A stretch of DNA of 32,000 nucleotides from an archaeon (GTDB taxonomy: Archaea; Iainarchaeota; Iainarchaeia; Iainarchaeales; CSSED10-239), in contig DAOOUC010000001.1 in NCBI GenBank assembly GCA_035390665.1, positions 60,001-92,000 on the forward strand, written 5' to 3'. Of this stretch, positions 27,579 to 32,000 are shown in pieces. The stretch's first letter is position 1. Each line of letters opens with the position of its first letter. The position numbers and the translations under genes were made by a program. The notes under the pieces were generated by a model. The model made no database searches, had not been told where the DNA came from, and saw only the letters and a list, made by a program, of their open reading frames with translations.

Positions 27579-28013
27579 ATGAAATTTAATAAGAAAGGAC
27601 AAGGTGCACTTGAATACCTATTATTAATCGGTGGTGCAGTATTAATTGCAGTAATTGTAATTGCATTACTTGTTGGTATGGGGTCTCAGAATTCTGAAAA
27701 TTCAAAGACAAGAAACGAAGAAGCAATAAATGCAACAAACGTGCCAACACCATCAGTAGTTAATTCTGTTGTTTGTACCGGCGGAGTTCACGCAGTAAAT
27801 TGGACGGCAGTACACAAAGCAGGAAATGCATACACATTAGTTGTAAATAATGCAGACATGAATGCAACCGTTGGAGGTGTTGTAACTGCAATAAATTCAG
27901 CAACAAATCCAATAATATCACAAGGACCATGTGTTGCAGGAGATCAAGTTGCAATAAAAACAACAAATAACGGAATAAGTGTACTTTCCGCGACAGTAAT
28001 TACAGATAATTAA
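27579..28013 (+). CDS. Archaeal type IV pilin (candidate major pilin, paralogue 1)
   Basis: The 144-aa ORF begins MKFNKKG/QGALEYLLLIGGAVLIAVIVIALLVG, a class III signal peptide with Gln+1 and Glu+5. A GGAGG Shine-Dalgarno motif lies at 27567..27571. The globular part has two Cys residues and N-x-S/T sequons. Confidence 0.85.
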   Translation: MKFNKKGQGALEYLLLIGGAVLIAVIVIALLVGMGSQNSENSKTRNEEAINATNVPTPSVVNSVVCTGGVHAVNWTAVHKAGNAYTLVVNNADMNATVGGVVTAINSATNPIISQGPCVAGDQVAIKTTNNGISVLSATVITDN

Positions 28014-28051
28014 ATGAATAATTAATTAAAAATTAAAATGAGGGATAAAAA

Positions 28052-28486
28052 ATGAAATTTAATAAGAAAGGTCAAGGTGCACTTGAGTACCTTTTATTAA
28101 TCGGCGGAGCCGTATTAATTGCGGTAATTGTAATTGCATTACTTGTTGGTATGGGTTCTCAGAATTCTGAAAATTCAAAAACAAGAAACGAAGAAGCAAT
28201 GGCAGCAACTAATATTCCAATTCCATCCGTAATCAATTCAGTAAATTGTGACGATACTAATCACTTTATTGTTAATTGGACGGCAGTAAACAAAGCAGGA
28301 AATGAATATGATCTGATAATAAACTACACAACGACAGACACAGTATCAATTTCAGCAACAACAAATCCAATTGTTTCAGTAGATACAACCTGTAGCATAA
28401 ACGATGTAGTTGCAATTAAGACAACAAATCAAAATAATGCAGGAGCAGATGTAAGTGTACTTTCTGCAACAGCAACAGTGAAGTAG
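28052..28486 (+). CDS. Archaeal type IV pilin (candidate major pilin, paralogue 2)
   Basis: The first 49 aa of this 144-aa ORF are identical to the pilin at 27579; the globular domain is divergent. It shares the motifs VNWTAV.KAGN.Y, VAIKTTN and SVLSAT. Confidence 0.85.
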   Translation: MKFNKKGQGALEYLLLIGGAVLIAVIVIALLVGMGSQNSENSKTRNEEAMAATNIPIPSVINSVNCDDTNHFIVNWTAVNKAGNEYDLIINYTTTDTVSISATTNPIVSVDTTCSINDVVAIKTTNQNNAGADVSVLSATATVK

Positions 28487-28497
28487 ATGTAAATTTT

Positions 28498-28536
28498 AGA
28501 GAAATATTAAAATATTTCTCTTTTAATATTTTTTAA
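28498..28536 (+). terminator. Hairpin plus T-tract downstream of the second pilin gene
   Basis: Perfect 10-bp inverted repeat AGAGAAATAT / ATATTTCTCT (28498..28507 and 28512..28521) with a 4-nt loop, followed by TTTTAATATTTTTT. Archaeal termination mainly needs oligo-T, so the role of the hairpin is uncertain. Confidence 0.35.
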
Positions 28537-28560
28537 AAATAATAAATAAAAAGGGTAATT

Positions 28561-29439
28561 ATGATAAAAAAACTAAATTCTAAAGGTCAAGGAGCACTTG
28601 AGTATTTATTAATAATTGGAGGTGTTGTTTTAGTTGCTGTTGTTGTAGTTGCCCTTCTAATTGGAATGAGCTCAGAAAACACAGAAAATTCAAAGCAACA
28701 AAGTAAAGAATTTATTGCTTCAACTGATTTAGCATTACCTTCTACATTATTATCTGTAATTTGTAAGGAAAAAGCGGGAAATGACGAATATGTTGTGAAA
28801 TGGAATCCAACGCATAAAGAAGGATACGAATACACTGTTCTTTTTGATGATAAACCAATAATATTTATTAATACAAATCCAAATTTTGATTTAACACCAG
28901 CAGATAATCCAATTGTTTTTACTTTTGCAGATCACAACACTACTGCAAATCCAAGTAATCCAATAGTAGCAGAATGTGCAAATCTTGGTTCTGAAGCAAT
29001 ATCAATAAAAACAACAAATACAGAAAACGATACAACGGCGGTATCAAATAGAGTATTCATTAAACCACAAGCAGCAGGAACACCAGGTGGCGGTAGCACA
29101 GTAGAAGATAGTTTAAGTTTTAATAAAGAAAGTAAAATATTAACTTTAACATTAAGTACCGATTTAATTTTACCTCTCGAACCTCCCATATATTTTAGAT
29201 TTTATGATGATGGCGAAGCCACTTTAATAGAATCTGATGCAGATCAAACTAGGGACAAAATAAATGAAGATGGATCAAGTCCATATTTTATAAATGTAGA
29301 GGATATTGGTTTGAATCCCGATGAGATCTGTAGTTTATTTAATTCTTCAAAGATATATATTTTTAGAATAGTACGTCAAGATGGAGATATTACTTTAAAA
29401 ACAATATCGTTTTCAAATATGACTTTTACCGGATGTTAG
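28561..29439 (+). CDS. Large two-domain type IV pilin-like protein (candidate adhesin or minor pilin)
   Basis: The 292-aa ORF begins MIKKLNSKG/QGALEYLLIIGGVVLVAVVVVALLIG. A pilin globular domain follows (VVKWNPTHKEGYEYTVLF, AISIKTTN), then a Gly/Pro linker (AAGTPGGGS), then an extra C-terminal domain of about 120 aa. Confidence 0.8.
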   Translation: MIKKLNSKGQGALEYLLIIGGVVLVAVVVVALLIGMSSENTENSKQQSKEFIASTDLALPSTLLSVICKEKAGNDEYVVKWNPTHKEGYEYTVLFDDKPIIFINTNPNFDLTPADNPIVFTFADHNTTANPSNPIVAECANLGSEAISIKTTNTENDTTAVSNRVFIKPQAAGTPGGGSTVEDSLSFNKESKILTLTLSTDLILPLEPPIYFRFYDDGEATLIESDADQTRDKINEDGSSPYFINVEDIGLNPDEICSLFNSSKIYIFRIVRQDGDITLKTISFSNMTFTGC

Positions 29440-29446
29440 TTAATTT

Positions 29447-29890
29447 ATGAACTCAAAAGGACAAGGTGCATTGGAATATCTCCTAATAATAGGCGGGGCA
29501 ATTGTAGTTGCAGTTATTGCTGTAAGTATAATTGTTTCTCTTAGCCAAAGAAATTCTCAAAATGCAACTGAAAAGAATCAAGAGTTTGAAACTTTTATAG
29601 ATAATACAATTATACCACCAGTTGTTTTAACAGTAGATTGTAATAAAGCGGCGTCTCAAGTTGTGGTATCTATTAATAAATCTCCAACACCAGGGGTGAC
29701 AAGGTATTGTTTAGTTTATAATAATGGAACACCAACAGGTTGTAGAGCATTAGCCGCTGGCAATATATTAACCTACACTCAAACAATTGCAGATTATAAT
29801 AAGCAATCAATATCTATATCGGCAGATAAGAACGGAATTGCATATTCTCAACCATCTATGCCATCAATTGATTGTATACCTCATAATTAA
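29447..29890 (+). CDS. Archaeal type IV pilin-like protein
   Basis: The 147-aa ORF begins MNSKG/QGALEYLLIIGGAIVVAVIAVSIIV. The globular part has four Cys residues. Confidence 0.8.
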   Translation: MNSKGQGALEYLLIIGGAIVVAVIAVSIIVSLSQRNSQNATEKNQEFETFIDNTIIPPVVLTVDCNKAASQVVVSINKSPTPGVTRYCLVYNNGTPTGCRALAAGNILTYTQTIADYNKQSISISADKNGIAYSQPSMPSIDCIPHN

Positions 29891-29907
29891 AATAAAATTT
29901 GAAAACA

Positions 29908-30090
29908 ATGTATAAAAGATTAATAAATGATAAAAAAGCACAAATCTCTGTTGAGTATCTAATCATGATTGTTTTTGGAACAATGCTTGTTATTATCACA
30001 GGAATAATTATTGTTAATCTAAGTACATTAATCACAATTGCAAAAACTAAGATTCTAAATTATAGGGATAATATACTTGCAACATTATAA
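29908..30090 (+). CDS. Mini prepilin-like protein (60 aa) with a class III signal peptide
   Basis: MYKRLINDKKA/QISVEYLIMIVFGTMLVIITGIIIV... The tracked ORF starts at TTG 29899; ATG 29908 is preferred. After the signal peptide it is essentially a hydrophobic helix plus a short tail. Confidence 0.6.
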   Translation: MYKRLINDKKAQISVEYLIMIVFGTMLVIITGIIIVNLSTLITIAKTKILNYRDNILATL

Positions 30091-30101
30091 TTAGTATTAT
30101 T

Positions 30102-31169
30102 ATGTTTTATTTATCTTTAATCTTGTTTACTTTAATTTTTCTTATAATTGCTTGTATCTCTGATTTAAAATCAAGAGAGATTTCAAATAAATTAATCTTA
30201 TTTTTTTTAATATTTGGTATAATTCTAAAATTAGGATATAGTATTATTACTAGGAATTATTCCATAGTGTTTGGTGCATTATTGTCTTTAGTTTTAACTT
30301 TTGTTGTCTTTTATATATTATGGGAATTAGGAGTTATTGCTGGAGGAGATTTTAAGCTTTTCTTAGTGCTTTCTATTCTAATCCCAAATATTAATTTGCC
30401 ATTTAATCTCTCAAGTATTTGGTTTCCAGCCTTTGTTTTCGTAATAAGCTTATTTATGTTACTGCCATGGATAATAATATATTCTATTTATTTTATTGTA
30501 GTAAAAAAATATTATTTAGATCTATTTAAACTGTGGATATCAAAATCAAATTTAATATCAATGGGTGATTCAATAGCAGTAATCTTTTTGATATCACTAC
30601 TGTATTCTTTATTTAGTAAGGTAACAGTTCTAATTCTTTTATTTGCATCATTTGTATTTACTATATTAATTTACAAAATAAAAAACAAGAAAATCTTTTA
30701 TTCTGTTTTATTAGGATTTTATAGTTTTACAATTGTTGCTTTAGTTTTAGAAAATCAGATTAGAGCAATATCTTTAACTAATCTTTTAATAACCATTTTG
30801 TTTGTAATTGGATTCTCTATACTTGGAACACTATATAAAATAATAAAAGAAAAAGTACTAATTGAAGTTAAAGCACTCTCTAAACTAAAAGAAGGAGATT
30901 TGCCACTCTACAATTACTATTATAAAAATAAAAAATTAAAGTTAATTAAACCCACAGTTCTAACTAAAATAAAGATGTTATTGAATAATACCTATTATTT
31001 AAATTTAAAGATAGATTCTTCTAAAGCTTGCGGAATAACCAAAGAAGACATTCTATTTTTAAAAGGTATGTATAAAAATAATTTAATAAGCTCTAAAATA
31101 TATTTAAAAAAGACTCTGGCATTTGTTCCAGCAGTTTTATTAGCATATATTTTAGTAATAATAATTTAG
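30102..31169 (+). CDS. Archaeal prepilin/preflagellin peptidase (A24 aspartic protease, EppA/PibD/FlaK family)
   Basis: The 355-aa polytopic membrane protein has two catalytic-type Asp residues at the expected spacing: D21 (CISDLKSREI) and D83 (VIAGGDFKLF). Confidence 0.8.
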   Translation: MFYLSLILFTLIFLIIACISDLKSREISNKLILFFLIFGIILKLGYSIITRNYSIVFGALLSLVLTFVVFYILWELGVIAGGDFKLFLVLSILIPNINLPFNLSSIWFPAFVFVISLFMLLPWIIIYSIYFIVVKKYYLDLFKLWISKSNLISMGDSIAVIFLISLLYSLFSKVTVLILLFASFVFTILIYKIKNKKIFYSVLLGFYSFTIVALVLENQIRAISLTNLLITILFVIGFSILGTLYKIIKEKVLIEVKALSKLKEGDLPLYNYYYKNKKLKLIKPTVLTKIKMLLNNTYYLNLKIDSSKACGITKEDILFLKGMYKNNLISSKIYLKKTLAFVPAVLLAYILVIII

Positions 31170-31180
31170 GTGAATAATAC

Positions 31181-31639
31181 ATGAAAAAAGGACAACTTTC
31201 AATTGAAGTTATAATATTATTAGCAATATTTTTACTTTTTTTTCAAGCAATGATTCTACCGTCAATTGAATTTGCAGAAAATACAATAAAAGATACTCAC
31301 GCTATTGTTCAAACAAAGAAAGGCATAGATGGTTTAGCAGACAATATAGAACAATTTTCAAATAGTGCAGGATACGGTAAAAGACATATGTTTTTCTATA
31401 TTCCAAATAACACAATAATTACAGATTGTAATAATACAAATAAAACTATAAATTATGAAATAAGAATATCAACACAAAAGCCAACCCCAATTGGCTGTGA
31501 TGTTAACGGACTATGTAAGTTTTCTAAACAATTGTATATAACTAACGATTTTTCATGTACAAAGATCGGGCCAGGATATAATAGCAATATCTTTATAGAA
31601 AAAACAGATGAAGGCGAAATAGATATATCTTCTGAATAA
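31181..31639 (+). CDS. Prepilin-like protein (class III signal peptide)
   Basis: The 152-aa ORF begins MKKG/QLSIEVIILLAIFLLFF and has a Cys-containing globular domain. A GGTGA Shine-Dalgarno-like motif lies upstream. Confidence 0.7.
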   Translation: MKKGQLSIEVIILLAIFLLFFQAMILPSIEFAENTIKDTHAIVQTKKGIDGLADNIEQFSNSAGYGKRHMFFYIPNNTIITDCNNTNKTINYEIRISTQKPTPIGCDVNGLCKFSKQLYITNDFSCTKIGPGYNSNIFIEKTDEGEIDISSE

Positions 31640-31654
31640 GAAAGTGAATAGCAA

Positions 31655-31993
31655 ATGAAAAAAGGACAAGTAAGTATAGAATATGTGATTGTTATTGCAG
31701 TTATCTTAATCTTAACTGTATTTTTTGCTAATCTTACATTTGATACAACAGACACAACAAAATCCATAGCTAAAATAAAATTAAGAACGCTTGATCTAAT
31801 TACATTAAATGATTCTAATGCAACTCTTTTAAATGTGGAGAACACGATTGTAGATTCTAATCTGAATTTAAAACTATACATTAAAGATGGATTACAGTTA
31901 AATCTAACAGATCAAAACTACACAGAAGTAATAAATAATATAAAAGAAACAACTTATTATGAAAATATTAATTTAAGTTTTGAATATAACTGA
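31655..31993 (+). CDS. Prepilin-like protein (class III signal peptide)
   Basis: The 112-aa ORF begins MKKG/QVSIEYVIVIAVILILTVFF. Confidence 0.7.
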   Translation: MKKGQVSIEYVIVIAVILILTVFFANLTFDTTDTTKSIAKIKLRTLDLITLNDSNATLLNVENTIVDSNLNLKLYIKDGLQLNLTDQNYTEVINNIKETTYYENINLSFEYN

Positions 31994-32000
31994 GGTAATA

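Noticed and set aside
27387-27602. 71-aa minus-strand ORF spanning the pilin promoter region
   Set aside because: It overlaps the 3' end of the mini-prepilin ORF and the 5' end of the pilin gene on the opposite strand. It is Phe/Leu-rich antisense noise.
27579-29890. Diversity-generating retroelement (template/variable repeat) as the explanation for pilin divergence
   Set aside because: The window has no reverse transcriptase. The shared segment is the conserved 5' end rather than a variable 3' repeat, and the mismatches are not adenine-specific.

Overview
AT-rich archaeal chromosomal window. TFE, RFC small subunit, Cdc48, aTrm56, a XerA-type recombinase and many class III (archaeal prepilin) signal peptides mark it as archaeal. 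Low GC, tight gene spacing and Asn/Lys/Ile-rich proteins suggest a small-genome, DPANN-like lineage, but that is inference only. Gene order: (1) minus-strand block of tRNA-Lys(UUU), tRNA-Lys(CUU), tRNA-Phe(GAA), then bacterial-type mutS and mutL (mutL truncated by the window edge). (2) aTrm56, TFE, initiator tRNA-Met. (3) A very AT-rich stretch of about 3.4 kb holding a phased array of the 8-bp palindrome GTAATTAC, two ORFans, a PRC-barrel protein and a XerA-like recombinase. (4) An anaerobic ribonucleotide reductase operon: nrdD with a LAGLIDADG intein, the glycyl-radical C-terminus detached behind an in-frame TAA as a 48-codon ORF, nrdG, and a degenerate ATP-cone class II RNR-like paralogue. 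(5) Housekeeping genes: cdc48, topA, lrp/asnC, a MiaB-family methylthiotransferase, rfcS and membrane ORFans. (6) A complete Epd/Tad-like archaeal type IV pilus locus: ATPase, two T2SSF membrane proteins, eight prepilin-like genes (two tiny ones, one absent from the ORF track) and an EppA/PibD-type prepilin peptidase. No CRISPR array, rRNA or recognisable defence system was seen. The most unusual items are the split, intein-bearing nrdD with its degenerate nrdJ-like neighbour, the GTAATTAC operator/iteron-like array, and the expanded Flp-motif pilin set.
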